A stretch of DNA of 46,164 nt from Synechococcus sp. HW_metabat.21 (GTDB lineage: Bacteria; Cyanobacteriota; Cyanobacteriia; PCC-6307; Cyanobiaceae). Numbering within the stretch: position 1 is the first letter of the stretch; each line of letters opens with the position of its first letter. The DNA lies in contig JAAZUZ010000001.1 in NCBI GenBank assembly GCA_018623875.1, positions 1-46,164 on the forward strand. The letters run 5' to 3'. Position numbers and translations under genes: made by a program. The notes below the pieces were generated by a model that was not told the origin of the DNA, ran no database searches, and worked only from the letters and a program-made list of their open reading frames with translations. Below, piece after piece: positions 1-10,963 of the stretch.

Positions 1-2
1 CA

Positions 3-533
3 GACACCTTTTTCCAGGTCAATACGCCGCAGGCCGAGCGCCTGGTTGAGCCACTGCGGGCCTTCTTCGCCACAGGCTCGAGCGCCACGGTGATTGATGC
101 CTATAGCGGAATCGGGACCTACAGCCTGCCCTTGGCACGTTCGGGCCTCAAGGTGTTGGGACTTGAGGTCCATGCGACCTCCGTCAGCCAGGCCACAGCC
201 AACGCAGAACGCAATGGAATCGCGACGGCTTTCTTCGAACAGGCCGACGTGGCGACGGTTCTTGCCGACCGCTTGAAGATGACGGGATCGCTGCTCGTCG
301 ACCCGCCCCGCAAAGGGCTGAGTGCAGAAGCCCTAGAGGCCATCCTGCACGGCAAGCCCGAGCGACTGGCCTACATCAGCTGCAATCCCTCGACCCTGGC
401 GAGGGACCTGCAGCAGCTGTGCGGTGAAGACGGTGGCTACCAGCTCGAACGGGTTCAGCCCGTCGATTTCTTTCCCCAGACCAGCCACGTGGAAACCCTG
501 GCGCTGCTGACTCAGCCTGGCTCAGGCGCGTAG
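3..533 (+). CDS. rlmD: 23S rRNA m5U1939 methyltransferase RlmD/RumA (5'-truncated by window edge)
   Basis: Frame open from nt 3 (DTFFQVN...); motifs DAYSGIG, VDPPRKGL, YISCNPSTLARDL and DFFPQTSHVE are typical of the TrmA/RlmD family. Confidence 0.9.
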   Translation, partial: DTFFQVNTPQAERLVEPLRAFFATGSSATVIDAYSGIGTYSLPLARSGLKVLGLEVHATSVSQATANAERNGIATAFFEQADVATVLADRLKMTGSLLVDPPRKGLSAEALEAILHGKPERLAYISCNPSTLARDLQQLCGEDGGYQLERVQPVDFFPQTSHVETLALLTQPGSGA

Positions 534-2984
534 TTGGGCACCGAACTGCTTTTCAAGGGCTGCACGAATCTTGGCGTGGGCTTCGTCCACCTCGCTGTCC
601 TTCAGAGTCCGCTTGGGATCGCGATAGCGCAGCCGGAACGCCTGACTGCAGGAGCCCGCCGCCAGCTGTTCTCCGTCGTAGCGATCCACCAGTTCGGCTT
701 GCTCCAGCAGGGGCTTACCGGCTTTGCGGATTGCATTCAGGAGTTGGGCACTCGCGGTCTCCGCGTTGACGACCAGAGCGAGATCCCTCTCGGAGGCCGG
801 CACCGTGGCAAAGGCGGTGAAGTTGGGCTGCCACCGGTTGCGGCGCGTTGCTGCACTCAACAGCGCAGTGAGCTCCAACTGGAACAGGTAGGTCGCGGGC
901 GGTAGGTCGAACTGCTCGGCCAGTTCGGGGTGCACTTGGCCAAAGAAGCCGGCCGGCCGCCCCTCCACAACGATCTGAGCAGCGCGGCCCGGGTGCAGCA
1001 GCGGATGGTCACTCAGGCGGCGGTCCTCAACGGGCAGCTTGAGGCCAGCTAAGGCGGCTTGCAGGAGACCACGGGCGCCGAAGTAATCCGGGGCCTGGGG
1101 CTTGCCGCTCTGGCTCCAGAGCTCAGCCTGACGGGACCCGCAGATCAAACCGGCTAGGTGCTGGCTTTGGGGGGAACCCTTGGCGGTGGCGTCGAAGACA
1201 TTGCCAATCTCGAAGGCCCAAAAGCCACTGCGGCCGGCCTTCAAGTTGCGCTGGGCTGCCGTCAACAAGTCGTCCACGAGGCTGTCCCGTAGATGGCTGT
1301 AATCCGCCAGCAACGGATTCGCCAAGGGCACGCGCCGAGTCGGATCTGCGCCAGGTCGCTCGGCCTCGGCGGGTCCCAGGGACAGGCTGCAGACCTCTTG
1401 CAAGCCAGCGGCAGCGAGCAGTCGGCGCAGGCGACGCTCTGCCTCCTGCACCGGAGTCAGACCGCCGGGGGCAATGGGATCAGGAAGATGGCTCGCGAAG
1501 CGGTCGTAGCCCACCAAACGGGCCACTTCTTCAATCAGATCCACCTCCCGCTGCAGGTCCATGGCACGGGCGGGGGGAACGTGCACCAGCCAGCCCTCTT
1601 CCGCCTGCTCGAGGCTGCACCCGAGGGCCTTCAGGATGCGTTCAATCTCCGCATCAGCCAGGTCCGCCTCAGCGCCGTCGTCTGTCGTGACGGGGCCGAG
1701 CAAGTTGTGGAGCGCGTCCCGGCGCAGCTGCAGCGGTTCCTTGATCGCTTCGCTGCGTTGATGAACCCAACGCGTTTCGACGGTTGCGCCGCAGAGCTCC
1801 TGCAAGAGCGCGACCGCACGATCAGCGGCGCTCAGAGTGACCTCCACGGGGAGCCCCTTCTCAAAACGGCTGCTGGCATCCGTGCGAAGACCAAGGCTTC
1901 GGGCGCTCTTGCGCACGGTCTGGGGCGCAAACATCGCGGCCTCCAGCCAAATCGAAGTGGTGTCACCATCGACAGCCGTGGTTTGACCGCCCATGACGCC
2001 AGCCAAGGCAATCGCGTGGTCTGCGTAACTAACCACCCAGGCGTCCTCGCTGAGGCTGTGGTCCGTGCCGTCGAGGGTGGTGAACGCTTCAGCCGGGCGA
2101 CCTGCCCGCAGGTCAATCGAAGCGGGATCCAACCGGTTTTCAGTGAGCCGAGCGAGTCGGTCGGCGTCAAAAGCGTGCAGGGGTTGGCCCTGTTCAAGCA
2201 TCACCAAATTGGTGATGTCGACCACGTTGTTGATCGGCCGAAGCCCCGCGCGCTCGAGTCGGCTCTGGAGCCAACGGGGAGACGGGCCGACCTGCACACC
2301 AGAGAGGGCCGTCAAGCTGAACAGTCCCCCCTCCTCAATCCTGTCTTGCACGTCAGCGCCAACGGGCAGGGGCGTCGCAGCGACAGGGGCTGCTGATGCA
2401 GGCAAGTCCAAGGAGGCACCGGTCAGGGCCGCCACTTCACGGGCGATGCCCTGCATGGAGAGGCCGTCGGGACGATTCGCCGTGATCGCCAATTCCAGAA
2501 CCTGATCGTCGAGGCCAAACAGGGGGCCAACAGGACTCCCCACCGGCGGCAAGCTCTCAAGCGCTTCATCGAGGATGACGATGCCGTCGGAACTGTCGGA
2601 CAGCCCCAGTTCGGAGAGGGAGCAGATCATGCCGCTGCTAGCGACACCGCGCAGCTCCGCAGGCTTGATCTTCAAATCGACCGCGGGGAGATAGGCACCC
2701 ACGGTGGCGACGGCCACGTGAATCCCTGCGCGGACGTTCTTGGCGCCGCAGACGATTTGCAACGGCGCATCCGCACCAACCGCAACGGTGCAGACGCTCA
2801 GCTTGTTGGCATCCGGATGGGGATCCCGCTGCTCCACGTATCCGACCACCACGCCAGCTGCCCGGGCGGCCAAATCGACGATCTCTTCCACCTCGAAGCC
2901 CGCAATCGAGAGCTTCTCAGCGAGGACATCGGCTGCCAAATCACAGGCCACCAGCTCCCGGAGCCATTGGAGCGAGACCTGCAT
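522..2984 (-). CDS. pheT: Phenylalanine-tRNA ligase beta subunit
   Basis: 820 aa; [56 protein letters not shown]; C-terminal FDX-ACB domain. Confidence 0.97.
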   Translation of the reverse strand: MQVSLQWLRELVACDLAADVLAEKLSIAGFEVEEIVDLAARAAGVVVGYVEQRDPHPDANKLSVCTVAVGADAPLQIVCGAKNVRAGIHVAVATVGAYLPAVDLKIKPAELRGVASSGMICSLSELGLSDSSDGIVILDEALESLPPVGSPVGPLFGLDDQVLELAITANRPDGLSMQGIAREVAALTGASLDLPASAAPVAATPLPVGADVQDRIEEGGLFSLTALSGVQVGPSPRWLQSRLERAGLRPINNVVDITNLVMLEQGQPLHAFDADRLARLTENRLDPASIDLRAGRPAEAFTTLDGTDHSLSEDAWVVSYADHAIALAGVMGGQTTAVDGDTTSIWLEAAMFAPQTVRKSARSLGLRTDASSRFEKGLPVEVTLSAADRAVALLQELCGATVETRWVHQRSEAIKEPLQLRRDALHNLLGPVTTDDGAEADLADAEIERILKALGCSLEQAEEGWLVHVPPARAMDLQREVDLIEEVARLVGYDRFASHLPDPIAPGGLTPVQEAERRLRRLLAAAGLQEVCSLSLGPAEAERPGADPTRRVPLANPLLADYSHLRDSLVDDLLTAAQRNLKAGRSGFWAFEIGNVFDATAKGSPQSQHLAGLICGSRQAELWSQSGKPQAPDYFGARGLLQAALAGLKLPVEDRRLSDHPLLHPGRAAQIVVEGRPAGFFGQVHPELAEQFDLPPATYLFQLELTALLSAATRRNRWQPNFTAFATVPASERDLALVVNAETASAQLLNAIRKAGKPLLEQAELVDRYDGEQLAAGSCSQAFRLRYRDPKRTLKDSEVDEAHAKIRAALEKQFGAQLRA

Positions 2985-3100
2985 CGGACACGTGCAAACA
3001 GAGCGTCGACTTTAAAGAGGCAAGACGCCAGGCCCAGTCAGGCGACAAGGTATGGTTGTCCACTGTCCAATCGCATCGCTCCAGCGGCGCAACGTCCTTT

Positions 3101-3295
3101 ATGGCTAAGAACAAGGGCGTCCGGATCGTGATCACTCTTGAGTGCACGGAATGCCGGTCCAACCCCGCGAAGCGGTCTCCTGGCGTGTCTCGTTACACCA
3201 GCCAGAAGAACCGCCGCAACACCACTGAACGGATTGAACTCAAAAAGTTCTGCCCGCATTGCAACAAGTCGACGGTCCACAAAGAGATCAAGTGA
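3101..3295 (+). CDS. rpmG: 50S ribosomal protein L33
   Basis: [18 protein letters not shown]...[24 protein letters not shown]; ATG at 3101 preferred over the track start. Confidence 0.97.
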   Translation: MAKNKGVRIVITLECTECRSNPAKRSPGVSRYTSQKNRRNTTERIELKKFCPHCNKSTVHKEIK

Positions 3296-3342
3296 TCTCG
3301 GCGGCGTGATCTCCGCGTTCTGCATTTTCTCCCCGTTCAGTC

Positions 3343-3564
3343 ATGCCTAGTTCCTTTTTCAAGAAACGCCTTTCACCGATCAAGCCCGGTGAACCGATCG
3401 ACTACAAAGATGTCGATCTGCTGAAGAAGTTCATCACCGAGCGCGGCAAAATCCTGCCCCGCCGTCTGACTGGCCTCACCGCCAAGCAGCAGCGTGATCT
3501 GACCAATGCCGTGAAGCGTGCTCGCATCGTGGCTCTTCTTCCCTTCGTTAACCCCGAGGGCTGA
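3343..3564 (+). CDS. rpsR: 30S ribosomal protein S18
   Basis: [26 protein letters not shown]...[13 protein letters not shown]. Confidence 0.98.
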   Translation: MPSSFFKKRLSPIKPGEPIDYKDVDLLKKFITERGKILPRRLTGLTAKQQRDLTNAVKRARIVALLPFVNPEG

Positions 3565-3567
3565 TCC

Positions 3568-5595
3568 CTGGGAACTGCGGTCTTCCACAGCGGCGATCTC
3601 GTCGGTCTGCAGGAGTCCCGCAACCCTCAATTTGCCATTGTCGATTCCATTCAGGGCAGCCGAGTGCGGCTCCGAGTTGGTTTTGACGCCAAGGAACAAG
3701 TTGTCCCCCAGAGACAACTTGAGCTGATTTGCCCCCTGCCCGCTGGTGCCTCGGCACCGCAGCGGCTGGGGGCATTTCCATGGGCACTGAACCGTGAGGC
3801 CCTCAGTGCCGCCAAACCCAGGCCATCCGCTTGGGGCTCAGCGTGGCTGCTGCTCCAGGAAACAGGCGACAGCTTGGACTTGCAGGAGTTCTGCGATCTT
3901 GTTTACGGATCGACAGAGCCCGTTCAGCTCAGTGCCTGCTGGCTGGCCTTGGTGGGCGAGCAGCACTGGTTCCGTTGGAAGCAGGGCTCAGTCCAGGCCC
4001 GCAGCCTGGAGGAACTGAAACCGCTGCGGCGTGCACGCCGGCGGCAGGCGATTGCTGAGGCGGCCGAACGCCAGTGGCACCGATTGCTCAAACAACGTGA
4101 GCCAATCGAAACGAGCACCTGCAGCGCGTTACAGCTGGAACGGTTGGAGTTGCTCAAGCAGGTCGCCAGCGGACGGCTTGAGCTTGAACAGCTTCCCGAT
4201 GGGATGCGCCAGAGCTTGAGCCAGCTGCACCTCGGTCAGGAGCGCAGTCAAGTGCGTCACCTTCTGGTGGATCTAGGGCAATGGGACCCCCACCAGCTGG
4301 TCTCGCTCGAAGGAACCGTCTGGAGCAGCGGCTTCTCCCAGGAGCTGCTCCAAGAAGCCGAACGCATCGAGCAGGAGGCAAGCCAAGAGCAGCCGTGCGA
4401 TGCCGGCCGCGTCGATCTCACCGGCCAGCGTTGCGTGACCATCGACGACGCGGATACCCGCGACATTGATGACGGACTCGCGATCGAGACAACGGCAGCA
4501 GGGACGACCCGCATATGGATCCACATCGCTGACCCGGGACGGCTGATTGGAGCCGGATCGCCTCTGGACCTCGAAGCCCGCAAGCGGGGCAGCTCCCTCT
4601 ATTTAGCCAAGGGGAACGTGCCGATGTTCCCGAACAACCTCTCCACCGGCGTCTTCAGCCTGCGTGCCGGCCAGCGCACGGCAGCCTGGAGCACCTGGGC
4701 AGAGCTGAACGACGACGGCTCATTGGCCGCCTTTGGTGTACAGCGCAGTTGGGTCAAACCGATTTATCGCCTCAGCTACGAGGACGCCGACGAGCTCATT
4801 GAGCTGGCTCCACCGCAGGACCGCGACCTGGCCGATCTCGAAGCCCTCTTGAATCGCCGGCGGGACTGGCGCTTGGACCAGGGGGCACTGCAGATGGACC
4901 TACCGGAGGGACGGATCCGCTGCCGTGATGGTGAAGCGCAGTTGGAGGTGACGGAGCCGAGCAGCTCACGCCAGATGGTCGCTGAAGCAATGATCCTGGC
5001 CGGAGCAGTGACTGCGGAATTGGCCAAGGAACGGGAGCTGCCCCTGCCCTTCCGGAGCCAACTGCCAGCGGATCTTCCGTCAAAAGCAGAGCTGGACGCC
5101 CTGCCTGATGGCGCGGTCCGCTTTGCGGCGATCAAGCGCTGCTTGAGCCGGGGCTTGATGGGAACGAAACCCGCCGCCCATTTCAGCCTGGGCCTGCCGG
5201 CCTACGTCCAGGCCACGTCCCCCATTCGTCGCTACGGCGACCTGCTTGTTCAACGCCAGTTCGCCGCAGAGTCACCCCTTTCGGAAGAGCAACTCCAGGA
5301 ATTGGTCAATGAGGTCGATGGGGTCATCCGGGAGGGGATCGGCATCGCGAGGGAAGATCAGCGCCATTGGCAGCAGGTCTGGTTCGAAGGCCAGAAGGGG
5401 AAGCAGTGGCGAGCGCAATTCCTGCGCTGGCTCCGGCCCCAGGACAACTTGGGCCTTGTACGCATTGACGAGCTGGCGATGGATCTGGCGGCAGAGTGCC
5501 CCAGCGGTTCAGACCCTGGCGATGCGCTCCTCCTGCGCGTTCAGACAGTTGATTCCCTCCGGGATCAGCTGAGACTCAGCGCGTCAAACTCCTGA
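3568..5595 (+). CDS. rnb: Ribonuclease II / RNB-domain exoribonuclease (start uncertain: CTG 3568 or GTG 3664)
   Basis: RNB motifs TIDDADTRDIDDGL, IHIADP, EARKRGSSLYL, HFSLGL, ATSPIRRYGDL; frame is open back to the rpsR stop. Confidence 0.88.
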   Translation: MGTAVFHSGDLVGLQESRNPQFAIVDSIQGSRVRLRVGFDAKEQVVPQRQLELICPLPAGASAPQRLGAFPWALNREALSAAKPRPSAWGSAWLLLQETGDSLDLQEFCDLVYGSTEPVQLSACWLALVGEQHWFRWKQGSVQARSLEELKPLRRARRRQAIAEAAERQWHRLLKQREPIETSTCSALQLERLELLKQVASGRLELEQLPDGMRQSLSQLHLGQERSQVRHLLVDLGQWDPHQLVSLEGTVWSSGFSQELLQEAERIEQEASQEQPCDAGRVDLTGQRCVTIDDADTRDIDDGLAIETTAAGTTRIWIHIADPGRLIGAGSPLDLEARKRGSSLYLAKGNVPMFPNNLSTGVFSLRAGQRTAAWSTWAELNDDGSLAAFGVQRSWVKPIYRLSYEDADELIELAPPQDRDLADLEALLNRRRDWRLDQGALQMDLPEGRIRCRDGEAQLEVTEPSSSRQMVAEAMILAGAVTAELAKERELPLPFRSQLPADLPSKAELDALPDGAVRFAAIKRCLSRGLMGTKPAAHFSLGLPAYVQATSPIRRYGDLLVQRQFAAESPLSEEQLQELVNEVDGVIREGIGIAREDQRHWQQVWFEGQKGKQWRAQFLRWLRPQDNLGLVRIDELAMDLAAECPSGSDPGDALLLRVQTVDSLRDQLRLSASNS

Positions 5596-7419
5596 GACTG
5601 AACCCAAGACAGCTGAGACACGCAGCCAGGGGCCCCAGGGGTTGAAGCAGCCGAGGATTTCCGCGCTCTTGGGCTGATCCAAGCGCTGGAGCCATCCATC
5701 GATAGCGGGCTCCAGGCTGATGACCGGCCAACGCCGCCGACCGGAGTAGGGGTGCTCCAGATCAAACGCATAAACGCCCTCCTCCAGCGGAACGAGAACC
5801 CCTCGAAGGCGTTGCTGTGCACGATCCAGAGGTGAGCTGGAGGGGTCCATCGGCAGCGATGGCTCTGTTGCGCCACCCAGCCAACAGCCGCTGCCTGACA
5901 GAAGCGTCGGATCCTGCACAACGGCTCGCTGACGTCCGGCCCAGTTCGGATCGTTCCAGGGCGTATCCCAGAGGGGCACCACGCCTGACGGCGCAACGGG
6001 ATCAGAAATCAGATGCTCCTGCAACGCCGCGATGGGCAGATGGACTGGAGGTCGACCCAACGCAACCGATAGGGCCGCTGCAGCGCCAGCGGCCTGACCG
6101 ATGTTGAAGATCAGCGGCTGGAGTCGGGTCGCTCCATTGGCCATATGGGACGTGCTGATGGCCTTGTCGGCAGCCAAGAAATTGTCGAGATCGGCGCTGG
6201 TGAGAGCGCCATAGGGAATGCAAAACGGCGTCCCCGACCAGCGACCACCCCAGCGGCAGCTCTTCGGCGCCAACGGCCAGTCAGCTCCGGGGTAGTGGTG
6301 ATCGTTGGCGTAATTGCCAACGGCAATCGACGTCAGACGACCTGCTTCATCGACCGGGAGCGGGGCCATGGCCCGCCCCGATTGAGCTGGAAGCAGGTCC
6401 TGTTCGATGACGGTCTGGCGTCCAATCAAACGACGCCCCTCCCGCCAGTAGGGCATGGCCGCGAGAGCCGACCCGGGACTGCCGGAGTCACTTGGAAAGG
6501 CTTGACCAAGGGACAGCCAACCGTTGGAGACCTCGATGAGTGCCTCTGCGAAGCGGTGGCTGTGCTTCTGCATCTCGAGAAAGAGCTCTTGCTCGGCTGA
6601 TCTCACGCCGGCAAACGCCCGCTGGAGGCCGTGATGCCAGTCGTTGCCGTGGAGCGGCCAATTGAGCATCACCAAGCCCCCCGGTAAACGGCCGTAAGTG
6701 ATGGTTTGACCAAGGCCAAAGCTCTGGCAGGCCTGCTCGAACGGCGAGGCCAGCAAGGGCTTCTCGGGAAGGGGCAGCGGGGGAGCGTCGCTCGTGAGTT
6801 GACCCATCACCACCCAGGTCGGGGACTGAACCGGTTGGTCCTCGAAGAAGGACTCCGAGCTGATCCGTCCCTTAGTGGGAGCGCTGGGCTCATGCCAGAG
6901 CTCCTGGGCTTCCCAGCCCAAACGAAAGGAGAGGTCCAAGAGCGGCAGCAGATCGCCACGGTCACTGCCGTCGACCAGCACACTGCAAGCGAACCGCTGA
7001 CTCTGGCCGTTCTGCTCGACCGTCAGGGAGTGCACGAGGCGCTCCGAGCGCTCCACCGCCACCGGGCGGCAGCCGCTGAGCCAGCGCAAATTGGGAAGGG
7101 CTGCGACCCACCCCTGGAGCAGTGCTTCGGCCTGGGCCGGTCGAAAGCCAAAACAACTCACCCAGTTCTGGTCCAAGCCACCGGGCTCCGAGGCAGCCAG
7201 ACCCCGCAGAAAGGCACCCCAAAGACCCGTCTGCCAGGGACTGAGCTCATTGCCATCCGGGCAGCACACCCCTGCGGCACTGACCATGCCGCCAAGCCAG
7301 CGTCCCGGGGTCAACAGGACGGTGGGCGCCCCCGAACGCGCCGCTTGGATCGCCGCAGCGACACCTCCAGTACCACCGCCCCACACCACCACCGGCGCGG
7401 ATTCGCTGTGGAGCGGCAT
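5584..7419 (-). CDS. FAD-dependent oxidoreductase (PF12831-like), substrate unknown
   Basis: N-terminal VVVWGGGTGGVAAAIQAAR dinucleotide-binding motif; YWREGRR, PFCIPYGAL and ISTSHMANGATRLQP motifs. Confidence 0.8.
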   Translation of the reverse strand: MPLHSESAPVVVWGGGTGGVAAAIQAARSGAPTVLLTPGRWLGGMVSAAGVCCPDGNELSPWQTGLWGAFLRGLAASEPGGLDQNWVSCFGFRPAQAEALLQGWVAALPNLRWLSGCRPVAVERSERLVHSLTVEQNGQSQRFACSVLVDGSDRGDLLPLLDLSFRLGWEAQELWHEPSAPTKGRISSESFFEDQPVQSPTWVVMGQLTSDAPPLPLPEKPLLASPFEQACQSFGLGQTITYGRLPGGLVMLNWPLHGNDWHHGLQRAFAGVRSAEQELFLEMQKHSHRFAEALIEVSNGWLSLGQAFPSDSGSPGSALAAMPYWREGRRLIGRQTVIEQDLLPAQSGRAMAPLPVDEAGRLTSIAVGNYANDHHYPGADWPLAPKSCRWGGRWSGTPFCIPYGALTSADLDNFLAADKAISTSHMANGATRLQPLIFNIGQAAGAAAALSVALGRPPVHLPIAALQEHLISDPVAPSGVVPLWDTPWNDPNWAGRQRAVVQDPTLLSGSGCWLGGATEPSLPMDPSSSPLDRAQQRLRGVLVPLEEGVYAFDLEHPYSGRRRWPVISLEPAIDGWLQRLDQPKSAEILGCFNPWGPWLRVSAVLGSVSGV

Positions 7420-7491
7420 GGATGCGATAAGCGCTCAGCCCAGGGTCGCAACGGAAGGCGCGAACGGGAAGGGCTGCGTAGGATCCCGCCG

Positions 7492-9060
7492 ATGACTTAC
7501 ACCCTCACCACCCCCCTCTATTACGTCAACGACAAGCCCCACCTGGGGAGTGCGTACACGACCCTGGCCTGTGATGCCCTGGCCCGGTTTCAGAGGCTCA
7601 AGGGTGAGGAGGTCCTGTTCATCACCGGGTGTGATGAGCACGGCCAAAAGATTCAGCGCACAGCCGAGGCCGCTGGCCTCAGCCCCCAGGCCCACTGCGA
7701 TGGGGTCAGTGCCCAATACCGCGAACTCTGGGATCGCTGGCAGATCAGCAATAACCGCCTGATTCGCACGACCGATCCGCGGCATGAGCAGATCGTTCAG
7801 CAATTTTTTGCCCGGGTTGAGGCCAACGGTGACATCGTCGAGGGACGGCAGCAGGGTTGGTATTGCGTCGCCTGTGAGGAGTTCAAGGACGACCCCCATG
7901 ACGCCCAGGATCCGGAATGTCCGATCCACCGCAAGGGCCTGGAGTGGCGCGATGAAGTCAACCTCTTCTTCCGCCTGTCCCGTTACCAGGAGCAGATCGA
8001 AGCGCTGATCGCCCAGCCCGGTTTCATCCAACCGGCCAGCCGCCGCCGCGAGGTCGAGAACTTCGTGAAGCAGGGCCTGCGCGACTTCTCCATTTCACGG
8101 ATCAACCTGCCCTGGGGGATCCCTGTTCCAGGGCACGACGGCCACACCTTCTACGTCTGGTTCGATGCGCTGCTCGGCTACATCACCGCGTTGCTCGAAG
8201 AGGGCGACGCGCCCGATCTGGAAACAGCCTTGAGTCGAGGCTGGCCGGCTTCGGTTCATGTGATCGGCAAGGACATCCTCCGCTTCCATGCCGTCTACTG
8301 GCCGGCCATGCTTCTTTCAGCGGGGCTGCCCCTTCCTGCCAAGGTCTTTGGCCACGGCTTTTTGACCCGGGAAGGCCAAAAAATGGGCAAGTCCCTGGGC
8401 AATGTCCTGGACCCCGCCGAACTGCTCGAGCGCTGCGGCCGTGACGCGGTTCGCTGGTACCTGCTTCGGGACATCCCCTTCGGCGAGGACGGCGATTTTC
8501 AACAGCAGCGGTTCAGCGATCTGGTCAACAACGACTTGGCCAACACGATCGGCAACCTGCTGAATCGCACCAGCTCCATGGCCCGCCGCTGGTTCGATGA
8601 GACGGTCCCTCCCGCCAAAGAGGCGAAAGGCAACGAACACCCTTTAGCCCAAGCCGCCGCCGAAGCCAAGGCCACCAGCCTCGCCGCACTCGAGAACCTG
8701 GAGTTCCGCGACGCTGCAGAAGCAGCCCTTCAACTGGCGATTGCCGCCAACGGCTATCTCAATGACCAGGCCCCCTGGAGCCTGATGAAAAAGGAAGGCA
8801 CCCGCGAGCAAGTGGCCGATGACCTCTATGCGGTGCTGGAGGCCGCGCGTCTGGTGGCCTTGCTGATGGCCCCGCTGCTGCCCGATCTCTCCGATCGGAT
8901 GCTGGCGCAACTCGGCCAACCGCTGGCTGACTCCGGTGCCGATGCCCCCGTCAACGCCAGCTGGATTGAGCAGCTGAACTGGGGCGGTCTCACCTGCGGT
9001 GCCACGCTGCCTGAGCCCTCGCCGGTGATGGCGCGCCTCGAGCTCGAGGAGCCGCTCTGA
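7492..9060 (+). CDS. metG: Methionine-tRNA ligase
   Basis: MTYTLTTPLYYVNDKPHLGSAY (HIGH-like), GCDEHGQKI, YVWFDAL, GKDILRFH, KMGKS; true ATG at 7492. Confidence 0.97.
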   Translation: MTYTLTTPLYYVNDKPHLGSAYTTLACDALARFQRLKGEEVLFITGCDEHGQKIQRTAEAAGLSPQAHCDGVSAQYRELWDRWQISNNRLIRTTDPRHEQIVQQFFARVEANGDIVEGRQQGWYCVACEEFKDDPHDAQDPECPIHRKGLEWRDEVNLFFRLSRYQEQIEALIAQPGFIQPASRRREVENFVKQGLRDFSISRINLPWGIPVPGHDGHTFYVWFDALLGYITALLEEGDAPDLETALSRGWPASVHVIGKDILRFHAVYWPAMLLSAGLPLPAKVFGHGFLTREGQKMGKSLGNVLDPAELLERCGRDAVRWYLLRDIPFGEDGDFQQQRFSDLVNNDLANTIGNLLNRTSSMARRWFDETVPPAKEAKGNEHPLAQAAAEAKATSLAALENLEFRDAAEAALQLAIAANGYLNDQAPWSLMKKEGTREQVADDLYAVLEAARLVALLMAPLLPDLSDRMLAQLGQPLADSGADAPVNASWIEQLNWGGLTCGATLPEPSPVMARLELEEPL

Positions 9061-10271
9061 TGGCATGGACCCCTCGATCACTCTGGTTGGCCGCTGGTCT
9101 GCTCCTTGTGGGCTGCTCAACTGCAGTACGGCAGACAGCCCCACCCTTTGCCTTCCGAGCCCTAGACCTGCGCCAGCAAGATCCCAAGGGCGCTCCGGCC
9201 TGGGACCTGAAAAGTCCCGAGGCGCGTTACGACATCCAGCGCAAACTCGCCCAGGCCCTCAACCCGCGCGGGACCGTCTTTCGGGGCGGGAAACCCAGCA
9301 TCTTGATCGCGGCCCAACGGGGCACCGTGATTGGCGATGGCCAAGCCATCCAGCTCGAGGGTGCTGTCCGCATCACGCTGTTAGGGGAGGAACCGGTTGT
9401 CATCACCGGGGATGCAGCCCGCTGGTTGCCCCGCGAGGAACTGATGGTGATCGACCAGCGGCCGGTGGCTCTCGATCGTCGCTCTCGGATCAGCGCCGAG
9501 ACGGCGCAGTACTTCATCAATCGCGACCTCGTTGAACTGCGGGGGGCACCCGTGTTGGAGCATTGGCAGGACGGCCGCGTAGCAACAGCCGAACCCAAGG
9601 GGACCGCATCACTGCCCCTCAAAGTCAAAGCGCAATGGGTGGATTGGAGGCCCGAACAGGGCGATCTCAAAGCGCCTGCGGTTGTCCGGGGGGAACGCTT
9701 TGAGCCGCTCGAACCGGCAAAAGCAGGAGAGCGCAAGACGCCCACCGCCAGTCTGGTCCTGACCGCCCAGGGGCTGAACGGGAACCTGCGCGAGGGCTAT
9801 GTCGACCTCGTGGCTCCCGTGAAGCTACGCCGGTCGGATGGCAAGGGTTGGCTGGATGCCCAAAAGACGCGCTGGGCGATCAATGACCAACAACTCAGCA
9901 GCGACAAACCGTTTAAGGGGCAGTTCAATGCTCTCCAGGCCAAGGGCGATCGGTTTGCGATTGACCTGGAGAAGAGCGATGTGAAGGTCACCCGTGGCTG
10001 CGAGCTCGAGCAGCCCGGTGAGCGGCTCACCGCGAGCCGCTGCATCTGGAATTGGCCCAGCGGCCGCTTTGAAGCGGTCGATCAGGTGGTGCTGAAGCGC
10101 GACACCTACCAACAGGTGACCCGGGCCAAGCGGCTTGAGGGCAAGATCGGCGATGACGGCAGCGCGGTCTTCAGCTCCCCCGGGGACCGGGTGAACTCAC
10201 GCTTCACGCTTCCGCAGAACGGCCAGGGTGAAGGGGGGACGAGGCGGTCTCCAGCTCCAATAACGTTCTGA
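9060..10271 (+). CDS. lptC: LPS export ABC transporter periplasmic protein LptC (long cyanobacterial type)
   Basis: Lipobox LLVGC; repeated beta-jellyroll-like segments (WDLKSPEARY, IQLEGAVRI); start overlaps metG stop. Confidence 0.72.
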   Translation: MAWTPRSLWLAAGLLLVGCSTAVRQTAPPFAFRALDLRQQDPKGAPAWDLKSPEARYDIQRKLAQALNPRGTVFRGGKPSILIAAQRGTVIGDGQAIQLEGAVRITLLGEEPVVITGDAARWLPREELMVIDQRPVALDRRSRISAETAQYFINRDLVELRGAPVLEHWQDGRVATAEPKGTASLPLKVKAQWVDWRPEQGDLKAPAVVRGERFEPLEPAKAGERKTPTASLVLTAQGLNGNLREGYVDLVAPVKLRRSDGKGWLDAQKTRWAINDQQLSSDKPFKGQFNALQAKGDRFAIDLEKSDVKVTRGCELEQPGERLTASRCIWNWPSGRFEAVDQVVLKRDTYQQVTRAKRLEGKIGDDGSAVFSSPGDRVNSRFTLPQNGQGEGGTRRSPAPITF

Positions 10272-10866
10272 GCTTCCGGCTCCAGCCCTCAATCCAGGCT
10301 TCATCGCTTCGGGTGAAACAGCGGGGTGACCAACCCGCCACCAGCAGCAGGCCCGCTTCGCCAATCGGTTGAACAATTACGGCTGGCGTGTTCTCGGGAA
10401 GGCCCCTGAACTCCTGGCGCCCGGGATAGAGGGCGAGGTTGACCAAATGGATCGCCTTTTGACTGCCCCAGGCCCGCTCGCTAATGGGCCCGGGCTGGAA
10501 GGCAGCATCCGCCAACACGCCACGGCGGAGAAGAACCTGCCCGTCCCAGAGAAGCAAGACAGAGCCTGCAGGGGTTGCGGTCAGGAGCATCTGGCTTCCC
10601 CAGCCCAACTCCTGACGCAAGGGTTCAGACAGGGCTGGCGCGAGCTCGAGACCTTCTTCACCCTCGAGGGACACCCGTTCAGGAGCCACGGGTGCCGCCC
10701 GTGTCCAGAGAATGGAAACGAGCATCAAACCAACGGAAAGCAAGCTGGCCAACACACCAGCGCGCTCCAAGGCCGGAGTCAGCTCAGGGGCTGAGAGTTG
10801 ATTGCCGACACAGAGCAGGAGGCCGAGGACACCCAAAGCCAGGCAGACACGAGCTGGGAGTGGCAA
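10204..10866 (-). CDS. Cofactor assembly of complex C subunit B (CCB2/CCB4-type) membrane protein
   Basis: Two N-terminal TM helices, then ELGWGSQMLLTAT, LVNLALYPGRQEF and PRCFTRSDEAWI; likely TTG start at 10866. Confidence 0.75.
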   Translation of the reverse strand: MPLPARVCLALGVLGLLLCVGNQLSAPELTPALERAGVLASLLSVGLMLVSILWTRAAPVAPERVSLEGEEGLELAPALSEPLRQELGWGSQMLLTATPAGSVLLLWDGQVLLRRGVLADAAFQPGPISERAWGSQKAIHLVNLALYPGRQEFRGLPENTPAVIVQPIGEAGLLLVAGWSPRCFTRSDEAWIEGWSRKLRTLLELETASSPLHPGRSAEA

Positions 10867-10963
10867 GGGGCCTCGTAGAGCTCTGCTCACGTTCTCACAG
10901 GCACACAACCCGTTCGACATCGGCGGTTCTCCCGCTCAAATGGGCCTGTCAGCACCAGCATCC

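Noticed and set aside
6706-7491. Apparent 262-aa N-terminal extension on MetG (784-aa ORF in the track)
   Set aside because: It is the antisense shadow of the FAD oxidoreductase gene; MetRS homology starts at ATG 7492
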